Source: Candidatus Hodarchaeota archaeon
GTDB taxonomy: Archaea > Asgardarchaeota > Heimdallarchaeia > Hodarchaeales > Hodarchaeaceae
Direction: 5' to 3'
NCBI GenBank assembly: GCA_016839815.1
Contig: JAEOTM010000099.1
Span: 1-61,031 of the forward strand
DNA: 61,031 bases
A program made the position numbers and the translations under genes. Positions 1 through 10,321 of the stretch are shown here, piece by piece (within the stretch, counting starts at the first letter, position 1; every line of letters begins with the position of its first letter). The notes below the pieces were generated by a model. It was not told where the DNA came from, ran no database searches, and saw only the letters and a program-made list of their open reading frames with translations.

Positions 1-408
1 AGTTGTGATATCGACCTTACTTACACCCTTGATTTCCTTTAATTCGTCTTGGAGCTGGTCTCGTGAGATAGTCAAGTCGCTAGAGTCGAGGTAACCCTCG
101 TAAGTACATGAATCCTGTGTGAAACACAGACCTGTACTATATAACGTCTTGATCTTACTTCGCATGAACACTACGCCCAGTTCTTGCAAAAAGTCAGGTG
201 ATAATTCTCCGATTTCAATGGCAACTTTTACCACTTCGGGACTTTTTGTTGGTATTATCCGGATGATTTTTGTTGAAGGGGCTAGGATCATAACAGCTGA
301 GCTTTCCTCCACATCTTTCGGTCGCAATGTTTCCAGGAAATCTGCGGGTAGTGATATGGGTTTTGATTCTTGTAATTGGATCATTTTTGCTATTGTGACT
401 GCAGACAT
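1..408 (-). CDS. Hypothetical protein (3' end off window), possible C-terminal ACT-like fold
   Basis: Not in the ORF track. Manual translation from ATG at 408 is open to base 1: MSAVTIAKMIQLQESKPISLPADFLE...STGLCFTQDSCTYEGYLD...ELKEIKGVSKVDIT. GGAGG SD-like motif upstream. Confidence 0.75.
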   Translation of the reverse strand, partial: MSAVTIAKMIQLQESKPISLPADFLETLRPKDVEESSAVMILAPSTKIIRIIPTKSPEVVKVAIEIGELSPDFLQELGVVFMRSKIKTLYSTGLCFTQDSCTYEGYLDSSDLTISRDQLQDELKEIKGVSKVDITT

Positions 409-1182
409 TCTAATTTTATGCCTCCGCGTATATTATATTTATTAGGGAGTATTCCGATGTTAGAAAGTGTTTTCGGCACCAGATGTGCCTAACGTTTCTT
501 ACGAAGAGATTGGCTAGCTTCATGTTTAAAAGGCTTTTTATTTTTGACTTGTTTTCGCCTGATTCCATGATTGTGCCCTTACCTCACATTATCGAAATTC
601 GTCCGCAAATCCACTATTTGTACTCGTTTATGGCGAGGTTAGAGGTAAGTTCCCTTAACTCGATTATTTGCTTAAAATCTTCTCCTCGTAGTTATTTTAC
701 CATACTTGTCTTTTTCATAAATTTATCTTATGTAAATTCCTAAATCCCAGCTTGATTTCTGAATTAACTTACAATTTCTCAAGTGACAATCACTATTGTA
801 TCATAATTATCTTTTTTACCTTCACATCCAGTGATAGTTTAGTTAAATGCTGCTTAGTAATAATTTCTTAAGTATATCAGAGATTTAATATTGAAGATGC
901 CTTCTTTTTTCATTTTAGATGTTTAAGTAATATTGAAGTGAATATACAACTTTCTGCCCTGACTATTTTGTGTTTTAGTTATAAGTACCCCCAAAAAAAA
1001 GTACTTGGAATAATGAGTATTATCTCTCATAGAAATTAATGGTTATCCCAGAGACGTCCCCTCCTTTGAGATTCATACTCGAATGTATTAAGCTAGTCTT
1101 ATTAGTAGCTTCAATTTCGAATAAAGGTGAGGAACTTAATTTTTTAGGTGTTCTTCTGCCCTTTACTATAGGGTGACTACTC

Positions 1183-1809
1183 ATGGTACTAGATAGAGAT
1201 ATTAGATTAACTATATTAGGGCACACAGGTGTTGGGAAAACCAGTCTCATAAAAAGATTGAAGGGTGAGGATCCTGCAGCCACAGAAAAAACGATGGATA
1301 TTATAATTGAAAGAAAAAAGATGGTTCTCTTATCTGCGGCAAAACATTCGAAGCTTTCATTAGAACGTTATCGAAAATACAACATCATTGCAGTTGACAA
1401 TCCTGGTGACTTTAAGCTAAGACGAAAATGGCGTGAAGCCATGCGTAGATATAAAACTAATGGAATTTTATTCATGCTTGACCTTTCTCAGCCTGTAGAA
1501 GCTCAGCGAGTTGCAATGGAAGATTCATTTAATTACTTTCTTGATAGCATCAATTTGGATCCAGTGAAAGCAGATAAAAAAGCACAGAAGAAAAAGACTT
1601 TATTCGTGTTTGTAGTGAATAAAATGGATACAATAAATTATGATGAGAACAAGGCGAGAGAATTTTTAGATAATTTCGATCCTGTTGTTAAAGATTTTAA
1701 GATGACTTTTCCATTCGCAGTCTTTGAAAGAGTATTCATAAGCGTTCAAGACTCTCCTTATGAAAAAATAGATGACATATTTGAAAAGTGTAAACAAGCC
1801 TTATATTAA
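1183..1809 (+). CDS. Small Ras-superfamily GTPase (Arf/Sar/SRbeta-like, divergent)
   Basis: G1 GHTGVGKTS, G3 DNPG followed by LRRKW, G4 NKMD. Confidence 0.9.
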   Translation: MVLDRDIRLTILGHTGVGKTSLIKRLKGEDPAATEKTMDIIIERKKMVLLSAAKHSKLSLERYRKYNIIAVDNPGDFKLRRKWREAMRRYKTNGILFMLDLSQPVEAQRVAMEDSFNYFLDSINLDPVKADKKAQKKKTLFVFVVNKMDTINYDENKAREFLDNFDPVVKDFKMTFPFAVFERVFISVQDSPYEKIDDIFEKCKQALY

Positions 1810-1835
1810 TGCAATTTGTTTGAACAGGATTAGCT

Positions 1836-2825
1836 ATGACTGATATTCATCAGGTTATTGTAAGAAATATCCCCCCAAAGGGGCTAGATGTTGTAGCTGC
1901 AACGGTTTCCAAAAGCCAAATCCAGGATTTATCGCAATATCTCCCGAAAAAACGACCTGTTCAATTCGATGAAGTATATTTGACAAAGTTTTTACATAGT
2001 TCTGGGAAAATCGGTTTAAGATTTACTTTCGATGATGGTACTGACCAATTTGGACGGAAAGCAATAAAAACACATACATTAATCATTGACAATTCCCTTT
2101 ATAATGAGAAATCGGCCTTATACTTCATTTCACCGCTATTTAATGGTAGTTTGAAAGTAAAAGGAAATCAACTTCTACATATAAATGACTTTGACAATAT
2201 AGATCCTTTACCAGTATCATCAAAACTTGTAGAATTGCTACTATGTAGAAAACACTTTGTGTTAGATAGCCAATCTCAACAAACACCGATATCATTGATC
2301 CATTTATTTGGCACATTAGATAGGATAATTCCACCATTACTTACATCTCGTTTTTCATTTCAAACCTATATTGACCAAACACAAATTTCCCTTCTGAAGG
2401 ATTTTGACGTTGTTTTTTCAAATTCTACCATCCCGAATTCTATTGATTTGGATACAATTCAGAACCAAACATCTGAATATCCGACAATTCGTGCATTAAC
2501 AGAATCTGTATATGATATATCTATTCTACATGGATTACAAAAACAAATCTTTTTAGGAATTCCAGAAAGGCGATTAAATTTCCGTATTCATTGGCGATTT
2601 GGAATAAAAACCTTCGCTCATATCAAAAAAACACTTGAGCTGGGTTTACATATAAACGATATTGTCAAAATTATTGATGGACCCTATCGGGGAAAGAAAG
2701 CACGTGTGGAAAATTTGGATGATGAAAATAACCAATTATCAGTTATACTTATTGAAAAAGGATCAAAAAGACCAATTACCATTCCAGTAAGTTCGGTATA
2801 TCTACTACAACCTCATGAATCCTAA
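1836..2825 (+). CDS. GTPase-adjacent protein: GAP1-N/DENN-like N-terminal region plus C-terminal KOW domain
   Basis: DQFGRKAIKTHTLII and FSFQTY motifs; C-terminal DIVKIIDGPYRGKKARVENLD is a NusG/Spt5-type KOW motif. Confidence 0.55.
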   Translation: MTDIHQVIVRNIPPKGLDVVAATVSKSQIQDLSQYLPKKRPVQFDEVYLTKFLHSSGKIGLRFTFDDGTDQFGRKAIKTHTLIIDNSLYNEKSALYFISPLFNGSLKVKGNQLLHINDFDNIDPLPVSSKLVELLLCRKHFVLDSQSQQTPISLIHLFGTLDRIIPPLLTSRFSFQTYIDQTQISLLKDFDVVFSNSTIPNSIDLDTIQNQTSEYPTIRALTESVYDISILHGLQKQIFLGIPERRLNFRIHWRFGIKTFAHIKKTLELGLHINDIVKIIDGPYRGKKARVENLDDENNQLSVILIEKGSKRPITIPVSSVYLLQPHES

Positions 2826-2863
2826 GGATAGCTAATAAAAATAGATGGGTTATTCAATAGACT

Positions 2864-3076
2864 CTAGTGTGATTTTTCTTTAACTTCAAATAACCGAGTA
2901 ATACATAAAACCACTTCAGGATCATTATCCGTTAGTGCATCTTTTAATATCGATTTACTTTCAGAATAGTTATACTTGAAAAGATACTGGGCTGCAAACA
3001 TCCTTTCGAACTTGTCTGGGTCGTTACGCAGCTTTTGAACCATTTTATCTTTCATTTGTGGCTTAGTTCCAGTCAA
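2864..3076 (-). CDS. Small HEAT-repeat-like protein
   Basis: ERMFAAQYL...ILKDALTDNDPEVV matches the HEAT/PBS-lyase repeat pattern; TTG start. Confidence 0.6.
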   Translation of the reverse strand: MTGTKPQMKDKMVQKLRNDPDKFERMFAAQYLFKYNYSESKSILKDALTDNDPEVVLCITRLFEVKEKSH

Positions 3077-3244
3077 TCAGATCAATGAGCCTTCAAAAAC
3101 TTTATTTTATATTCTTCTTCTTTATCCACCGCGAATCAAATGGAAGGTTGGTATATAATCTGACAAACCATAAAAGCCAAAACAACTAAAAATTGAATTT
3201 TTACTAATTCTGGGTTATTTGATATTCCACAAGGGTCTTTAATC

Positions 3245-3790
3245 ATGAGAATTATTCAGATTTTTGAAAAAAATTATCCTGAAAATAAGAAGGTAGTTTT
3301 TGAATATACTTCCAATTTCTATTATAAATTAAAATCGGATACTAGCCGAAAAAGGGACGGATGGATTTTCGAATGGGAAAAAACTGCATTTACTAAAACA
3401 TTTAGGAAAAAATTAAAAGGAAATTTTTTTGAATCTTACAAAGGAAACGCAGAATACTATATATTAGTAAATTCAGAAAATTTTGAGATTGGATTAATAG
3501 CCTTTGAACATCAATCCCACTCTAATCGAACACGTATATGGGATATCATGATTCACTCAGATTATCAACGAAATGGTCATGGAACATTTTTAATGAATTT
3601 TACATGTGAGAAGGCGAAAAATTTAAATTCTAGAGCATTAGTTTTAGAGTGTCAAAATACAAATGTGAAAGCAATAGATTTTTACTTAAAAAATGGATTT
3701 AATCTTATAGGGTTTGATCTAGAGGCATACACAGAAGAGCAAGGAGGAGGAATTGAAGCTAGATTTGAAATGAGCAAGAATTTAAGGTAA
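3245..3790 (+). CDS. GNAT-family N-acetyltransferase
   Basis: Motif A IHSDYQRNGHGT and motif B NVKAIDFYLKNGF. Confidence 0.9.
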   Translation: MRIIQIFEKNYPENKKVVFEYTSNFYYKLKSDTSRKRDGWIFEWEKTAFTKTFRKKLKGNFFESYKGNAEYYILVNSENFEIGLIAFEHQSHSNRTRIWDIMIHSDYQRNGHGTFLMNFTCEKAKNLNSRALVLECQNTNVKAIDFYLKNGFNLIGFDLEAYTEEQGGGIEARFEMSKNLR

Positions 3791-3865
3791 AATCAATTTT
3801 CGTGGTTTAGAAAACTACTGATCTGGAAGAGATCAAAGTAACACGAATCCTAGTTTATTATTGAT

Positions 3866-4585
3866 TTGATGTCTATGACAAAACCCAATCCGACTCCTAT
3901 TGATGAAGAAAAGATTAATAATATTCTAACATCTTTACAAGAAGCTACATCTTCATTACAAGATCCATTAGTTACAAATATCTCTAAAACAAGGCGAGAT
4001 CCTTTTCAAATTCTTATCGCAACTATTTTGAGTTTACGAACGAAAGATGAGACTACTTACAAAGCTAGCAGAGCACTATTCAACTTAGCTGCTACTCCAG
4101 AGGAAATTCTTGAATTATCACAAGAAGAACTTGAAAAAATCATCTATCCTGTGGGATTTTATCGACGTAAAGCTGAAACGATCAGAAATATATGCCAACG
4201 ACTCTTGGATGAATACGATGGGCATGTTCCTTCTTCTCTTAATGAATTATTAAGTTTCAAAGGAGTGGGGCGGAAAACTGCAAACTTAGTTGTTACTATG
4301 GGATTTGGAAAACCAGGAATTTGTGTAGATGTACATGTAGCAAGAATTACTCAGCGAATTGGTATAATACCAACGAAAGGAGAGAAAGAAGGAAAGTTAA
4401 TCTTCCATGATGCCGATAGTGTAGAAATGATGTTACGTAAAAACCTTCCCAAAAAATGGTGGATTCCAATAAACGATATACTTGTACGCTGGGGGCAGAA
4501 TATTTGCACTCCTACAAGTCCTAAATGTAGTCAGTGTCCAATAATTACACAATGTTTACGTGTAGGTGTTACTAAAAGTCGATGA
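3866..4585 (+). CDS. nth: Endonuclease III (HhH-GPD glycosylase/AP lyase)
   Basis: HhH FKGVGRKTAN, VDVHV, 4Fe-4S motif CTPTSPKCSQCPIITQC. Confidence 0.95.
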   Translation: MMSMTKPNPTPIDEEKINNILTSLQEATSSLQDPLVTNISKTRRDPFQILIATILSLRTKDETTYKASRALFNLAATPEEILELSQEELEKIIYPVGFYRRKAETIRNICQRLLDEYDGHVPSSLNELLSFKGVGRKTANLVVTMGFGKPGICVDVHVARITQRIGIIPTKGEKEGKLIFHDADSVEMMLRKNLPKKWWIPINDILVRWGQNICTPTSPKCSQCPIITQCLRVGVTKSR

Positions 4586-4600
4586 ATTCTATTAGTTTAA

Positions 4601-5761
4601 TCAATATTGTGAGCGAGACTGCCTTATAGTGGCAAAAGAACCTGTGACATATTTCTCTGTTTCTACTCCACCACGAAACGTATTAGTATTAAAACCCCTT
4701 TTTTTTGCCAGAGAATAGGAAATAAATTCTATTGGAATTGTCAAAACTAACGGAGATAAGATTGAATCCTTAGGTAAACCAATAGATATAGTTCTGGTCG
4801 AAGATTCAGCCAATAACGAATCACTTGTAAGAACTAATGTTTGAGCTCCAATTTGATCTGTAATAACGGGTTCTATTTCCATAATTCGTTTATAGCACTG
4901 CTCATCAGGGGCTAAAAAAACCACACTAGATTTATCAGTTGTAATAAAGTATCTTGTATGACAATATTCCTCAATATCACAAGAAAATCCATGAAGCGTG
5001 AATTCAAACATTTTATAGGCCCCAAAAAGACTGGTGGGAGAATTTGGCCCTGATCCAACGAAAGATATGTTTTCTGATGTACTAGATAATGATTTTCCAG
5101 CGTTAATGAATTCTTCTCGTTGATTTATGGCCTTTTTTATTAAGGAAAATGATTTTCGAATTTCTTCTTGATTTTTCTCTGGTTTTGAAGATAAAGTTGC
5201 GAATAAGCGCCCGATTGTTCCTAAATTTGCGAGATATGTCTTTGTTTGGGCCACGTCATTCTGATATCCAGTGTATTTTTGTGCTACTTCTGTGGTGTAA
5301 GAGGTGGTAAGTAAAGATTCGGGAGGAGATGCATTAATAAGAAGATGCATATCGGCCTCTCTTACGATTTTCCCATTTGGATTATCTGTCAAAACCATAG
5401 TTGTGGCTTTGTGTTTTCGTGAAAATCGCAATGCTTCCAATATGCGTAATGTTCCTCCTGAAACAGAAATTCCTATGACTAAAGTGTTTTCTAGTTTATT
5501 CGAATCATAATAATTTACAAAATCAAATGGTTCATAGAACTTAACATCATATTGAGGACACCATTTATCGGCAAGAAGGGCTCCGAACCATGCTGCACAA
5601 TAACTATCACCACAACCAGTTAAAATGATTCTACTAATGGATTCATTTTTAATTAGAATCGTGATTTTCTCAATGTCTTCATTCTCTAAAATCAATTGGA
5701 GAATTTGGGGTTGTTCCAGCATTTCTGCTAACATATAATCGATCCCATTCATTTGGTTCAT
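4601..5761 (-). CDS. Double-SIS-domain sugar-phosphate isomerase/deaminase (GlmS/AgaS/FrlB-like, no glutaminase domain)
   Basis: MLAEMLEQP, GCGDS, ISVSGGT, EEYCH. Confidence 0.85.
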   Translation of the reverse strand: MNQMNGIDYMLAEMLEQPQILQLILENEDIEKITILIKNESISRIILTGCGDSYCAAWFGALLADKWCPQYDVKFYEPFDFVNYYDSNKLENTLVIGISVSGGTLRILEALRFSRKHKATTMVLTDNPNGKIVREADMHLLINASPPESLLTTSYTTEVAQKYTGYQNDVAQTKTYLANLGTIGRLFATLSSKPEKNQEEIRKSFSLIKKAINQREEFINAGKSLSSTSENISFVGSGPNSPTSLFGAYKMFEFTLHGFSCDIEEYCHTRYFITTDKSSVVFLAPDEQCYKRIMEIEPVITDQIGAQTLVLTSDSLLAESSTRTISIGLPKDSILSPLVLTIPIEFISYSLAKKRGFNTNTFRGGVETEKYVTGSFATIRQSRSQY

Positions 5762-5997
5762 TCTAAAAATTTCCGTTCATTTGGATTATGTATTAATGCC
5801 TTGATAGATATTATCTGGGTACTTACCTATCGCTTTCAAGATAGCTCCAAGAATGGTAGTTATTTTGAATTTTCTTAGTATCTCTAGGGGGAGTTTTACC
5901 TGGAAATAAATCTTTTAGCTATTGGTTATCGTGTGTCTTAAAACGGTAGGTAGTTTGACGACTTTCGATCTTCTATTCTAATTGACGGATCACAATT

Positions 5998-8226
5998 TTA
6001 ATGCAATAAATCAGACGTTCCTACATTTTCCATTTCTTGATCTCGCTCTAACTCTTGAATTTTCTTTGTTTCTTCTAAAATAGTTTTTGCTAGCTCGTTA
6101 CCAAAACCAGGAATACTTGAAAGTTGAGATTGATCAATCTCTGATAACAGTTTAGTATTTCGTATACCATGATCAAGCAAAATTCGAGCTCTCTTTCTCC
6201 CAATTCCTTTTATAGTTGTTAAACTCACCGCATCAGTTTTAATACCATATTTCACTCTTTCTGATAAAGATTCGGTTTTTTTAACAAGAAAAAGAAATCG
6301 TGGATTATTTTTTGAGAATATAGAAGCAATTTCACTAATAGCTGCAGTAAGCCAAGTAGCTGTATCAGTAATTCGGTGAACATCACCAGCTCCAATTTTG
6401 TACCGAACAATTAATTTCTCTATGGGCATTTCGTTCACCCAATCCCATAAAAATAATGCTGTATAGAAATCACGAAGTCTAAAATCATATTCTATGTCAT
6501 CTTTTGTTGGAACGGGATTTATCAATCGTTCAGTGAATTTATCAAATCTTTTTTCAGTAATAGCTTGATTTGCTTTTCCAAACATCAATGTAACCATATC
6601 TGGAGTACCCACCAGTAAATCAAAGATTGCAATAGGATGGATCTTTGACATTCCCTTCTTTACTGATGTTTTTAATCCTTCTGCAACAGTTGCAGCAGTT
6701 TCTGGATCTAGATAGAGTTGACTGACACGGACCCCATAGGGAGTAGCTCTCAAGGATTCACGTGCATCTAGAGGATTTATCATCTCCCAAACGATTAACA
6801 TGTCAATCACTTCCCGAATCTTTCCCTCTAATAAGACGGCTTCATATTGATAACCATAGAAAGTTTTTTCAAAGAAGTTCAACAATTTTTCAACATCAGG
6901 AATTACTCTGGAGGCTATCAAACCAAGTATACTTCGTCTGAGGGCTGGCATAGCCGCTAATTTTGAATAAACTGCTTCAGGACCCTTTAAGATATAACGA
7001 TCCATAAGCCACTGTACTGAATGAGGTTGTTTTGCAATCAAGATTGCTTCCCCTTCTTTATCATATTGAGGACGGCCAGCGCGTCCACGCATTTGTTTAT
7101 ACTCTAGTGTCATAATAGGATAGGAACCTTGTTCCACAGAGTATCTATAAACACTTGAAATAATAACCTTCTTTGCTGGAACATTAATTCCAGCGGCAAG
7201 AGTTGGAGTGGCACATAGTACTTTAATCAGACCTTCTTTAAAGGACTCTTCGATAATTGAACGTTGATTAGAATTTAGTCCAGCATGATGAAATGCAGCA
7301 CCTTTCGTCACACAACTAACTAATTGCTTTGAAAGAGGATCAGAAAGGTTTGTAATTAGGGCAGACGCTTTCTCTGATAATCCTTTTTTATCCTGTAATT
7401 CAAGTAAAGGTTCTAAGAGATCACCGATCTTATTTGCGTTTGAAACGGCAGATCGGCGCGAAGGATTAAAAATCAGTAATTGTTCTTGTGAATGAAACGA
7501 ATCTAGGGCTAGGTTGAGTAATGGTTCCTTATTCTTAAATGGAACATCACGAGTAGCATAATCTGAATACGTGACATAATTATCATAATAAACACCTTCC
7601 TTTAGCGGAACAGGTCGCCAATCACTTTGCACTAATTCCGCCTTTAGCCATTCAGCAAGTTCATCACTATTTCCAACAGTGGCACTTAAAGCAATAATTT
7701 GTAGCTTAGTATTTCGTTGTAGTAATCGCGCTAACAATATTTCAAGGGTAGGGCCGCGGTGTTGATCATTTAATAAGTGGCATTCATCAACAATAACAAG
7801 GCTAACTTCATCCTCAATCCAGCTCACCTGATGTCGCATAAGGGCATCAAACTTCTCATTTGTTGAAACAATAATGTCATAACGAGGAAGATAATGATCT
7901 TTTGAATCGTAATCACCTGATGTGATTGCAATTCTCACACCCAGCTTTTGAAAACGTTTGAAATTCTGATACTTTTCACTAGCAAGAGCTCTTAATGGAC
8001 ACAAATACACGACTTTTGTTCGATATTCAGTCACATGTTGTAATGCAGCGATTTCTGCAAGCAAGGTTTTTCCTGCTGCAGTAGGGATAGATATTACAAG
8101 ATTTTTTCCCTCGAGCAAACCTTTTTCAATCGTGGCTTCTTGTGGAGGATATAACTCCTTTATACCATCGGTTTCAATGATTATTTTTTTGATTCCAGAT
8201 TGTACTGGTAATGAATCTACCTTCAT
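5998..8226 (-). CDS. hel308: Ski2-like DNA helicase Hel308
   Basis: PTAAGKT, DECH, SAT, FHHAGL, TPTLAAGINVPA, QMRGRAGRP, C-terminal HhH. Confidence 0.93.
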   Translation of the reverse strand: MKVDSLPVQSGIKKIIIETDGIKELYPPQEATIEKGLLEGKNLVISIPTAAGKTLLAEIAALQHVTEYRTKVVYLCPLRALASEKYQNFKRFQKLGVRIAITSGDYDSKDHYLPRYDIIVSTNEKFDALMRHQVSWIEDEVSLVIVDECHLLNDQHRGPTLEILLARLLQRNTKLQIIALSATVGNSDELAEWLKAELVQSDWRPVPLKEGVYYDNYVTYSDYATRDVPFKNKEPLLNLALDSFHSQEQLLIFNPSRRSAVSNANKIGDLLEPLLELQDKKGLSEKASALITNLSDPLSKQLVSCVTKGAAFHHAGLNSNQRSIIEESFKEGLIKVLCATPTLAAGINVPAKKVIISSVYRYSVEQGSYPIMTLEYKQMRGRAGRPQYDKEGEAILIAKQPHSVQWLMDRYILKGPEAVYSKLAAMPALRRSILGLIASRVIPDVEKLLNFFEKTFYGYQYEAVLLEGKIREVIDMLIVWEMINPLDARESLRATPYGVRVSQLYLDPETAATVAEGLKTSVKKGMSKIHPIAIFDLLVGTPDMVTLMFGKANQAITEKRFDKFTERLINPVPTKDDIEYDFRLRDFYTALFLWDWVNEMPIEKLIVRYKIGAGDVHRITDTATWLTAAISEIASIFSKNNPRFLFLVKKTESLSERVKYGIKTDAVSLTTIKGIGRKRARILLDHGIRNTKLLSEIDQSQLSSIPGFGNELAKTILEETKKIQELERDQEMENVGTSDLLH

Positions 8227-8249
8227 TGGTACCCCAAATAATCAGATGA

Positions 8250-10319
8250 TTAAATCTTTTGAACCCGACCTTGTTGAGGCTCGAATAGTTTCCCAATTCG
8301 AATCATTTTTGCTAAAGCTTGTTCAACTTGATTTCGATCTAATCCATCTTCAACTGCTTGCTCAATGATCGAATTAATTGCAATTGGTTCATTTTCAGAT
8401 TCTTTCAACATATTATCTATCAAGGCATCTATCCGATCCAACCGTCTTCGACTTTGATCACTTATCCCAGAAGCATATTTATCGATATCTAACTTACCAG
8501 TTTCAGCATCCTTGGCCAGTTTCTCCAGTGTTGCATTCATAAGATTTACAGCTCCTGATGCATCTTCATAAGTGACCTCTTCGCTCAATCGCATTTTGGC
8601 ACGCGCTTCTGATAATCGAACTAGCGATTCTAGCTGGCGTGGGGTAATCGCAATCGGATCTGGACGGCCCTCCTCGATCTTACCGCTTGAACTTCTTAAA
8701 TCGGTATAATATTCTAATAATCGGGCTTCAGCTTCATCCGAGAGTTTTGGTTGCATTGTCCTCCTTGCATGTGCGATATATTTGCGTAAAAGGGTCTGCT
8801 CAATGGGAGGATCAACTGGAAGTGTTTGGAGTTTATGGATTCTTAATATATGTGTTGCCTTATCATGATCCTCTTTCAAATCAGGCTTATCTTCAAGGAC
8901 AAAAATTAAATCAAAACGTGATAAGATCGTGGGAGGAAGGTTTAAGTTTTCTGCCGTGGCCTTGTAGGGATTCCACCTGCCTCTTCGAGGGTTAGCAGCT
9001 GCTAGGATTGAAGTCCTTGCATTTAACGTAGCAACGATTCCTGCCTTAGCTATACTTATCGTGTGTTGCTCCATCGCTTCATGGATTGCTGTGCGATCAT
9101 CAGGACGCATTTTATCGAATTCATCCACCATAGCTATCCCTTGATCGGCTAGTACTAATGCTCCAGCTTCTAAGGTTATCTCTCCAGTATCTTGATCTCG
9201 CATGACAGCTGCTGTCAATCCAGCAGCTGTACTTCCTTTCCCCGTTGTATATAACGCCCTTGGGGCCAACTTAGAGACGAATTTCAATAATTGGCTCTTT
9301 CCAACCCCAGGATCGCCAATCAGCAGGATATTGGATTCACCTCTGATTTTTAACCCATCAGGAGTCTTTTTTTCACTACCTCCAAAAAGTAATGTAGCAA
9401 TCGCCTCCTTGACTAAATCATGGCCATAAATCGAAGGGGCAAGTGAATCACGTATCTTCTTGATTATGTATGGAGATTTTGATAATTCTTCTATTTGTTT
9501 AAGATCTTCTTCTGTAATCTCAATATCTATGTACTCTGCTGTTTCTTTGCTAATATTCACTCCCTGAAAGAACTTACTATACGTTGCTAATTGCCCTCTT
9601 TTTAGCAGTCGAGTTACTCGGGCTTTTAATATTCCTACAATACCTACTCGATCTCCAGGCCGTGCAAGATCCACCAAATCATCAAGGATGTGAATCGTTA
9701 TACTTTGCGGTAATTGCCCTGGAGGGAGTTCTTCTGGGCGTTCTTGAATAGTAATTTTTTGCCAGTCGATGAATTGACTATCTTCAATTAGTAGTTTCAA
9801 GGATCCTTTTCTTTGACAATGTTCATCTCCACATTGATATGGAGGATTGTATATTCCTTCAGGAAACGTCTCAACTTGATGGTGACCACAGGACGCGCAT
9901 TTAAAATGTCCTTCTATGAGCAGTGGTTTAGTTTCTGTGACGCCTATTACTATACCTTCAAAACTAGTAAGTAAACCCAAATGTTCGGTTTTTAAAGTAC
10001 GAAGAAGTACCTTGTCAGTGTAGTTATCAATTCGAATATGGAATAGCTGGTACTTATCATAGTAGTCTGGATCGATCTGCATTAAGATATCGTGTAGTAC
10101 TTTTTCTCCTTCACTCAAACATTCTTCAGGATTAAGAACAATTTCTCTTGCTAACCGAGGATCATGATGTAATAAGTCATTATAAGATATTGACAGACTT
10201 CGAAGTTCTTGACGAGGCATATCGCGAATTTTTTCGCGATAACGCAACATTCCAGTTTCATCTGCAAATTCATTGATGAATGATTCAAATCGACCTCGTA
10301 TATCAAAAGGCAGACTCAT
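8250..10319 (-). CDS. mcm: Replicative helicase MCM
   Basis: Zn finger, GDPGVGKSQ, VDEFDKM, AMEQHTISIAKAG, SRFD; no intein. Confidence 0.98.
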   Translation of the reverse strand: MSLPFDIRGRFESFINEFADETGMLRYREKIRDMPRQELRSLSISYNDLLHHDPRLAREIVLNPEECLSEGEKVLHDILMQIDPDYYDKYQLFHIRIDNYTDKVLLRTLKTEHLGLLTSFEGIVIGVTETKPLLIEGHFKCASCGHHQVETFPEGIYNPPYQCGDEHCQRKGSLKLLIEDSQFIDWQKITIQERPEELPPGQLPQSITIHILDDLVDLARPGDRVGIVGILKARVTRLLKRGQLATYSKFFQGVNISKETAEYIDIEITEEDLKQIEELSKSPYIIKKIRDSLAPSIYGHDLVKEAIATLLFGGSEKKTPDGLKIRGESNILLIGDPGVGKSQLLKFVSKLAPRALYTTGKGSTAAGLTAAVMRDQDTGEITLEAGALVLADQGIAMVDEFDKMRPDDRTAIHEAMEQHTISIAKAGIVATLNARTSILAAANPRRGRWNPYKATAENLNLPPTILSRFDLIFVLEDKPDLKEDHDKATHILRIHKLQTLPVDPPIEQTLLRKYIAHARRTMQPKLSDEAEARLLEYYTDLRSSSGKIEEGRPDPIAITPRQLESLVRLSEARAKMRLSEEVTYEDASGAVNLMNATLEKLAKDAETGKLDIDKYASGISDQSRRRLDRIDALIDNMLKESENEPIAINSIIEQAVEDGLDRNQVEQALAKMIRIGKLFEPQQGRVQKI

Positions 10320-10321
10320 GA

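Noticed and set aside
119-445. ORF-track 108-aa plus-strand ORF
   Set aside because: Antisense shadow of the minus-strand gene at 1-408
483-743. 86-aa ORF in the long intergenic region
   Set aside because: No motif, atypical composition, and no convincing opposite-strand ORF or RNA structure found
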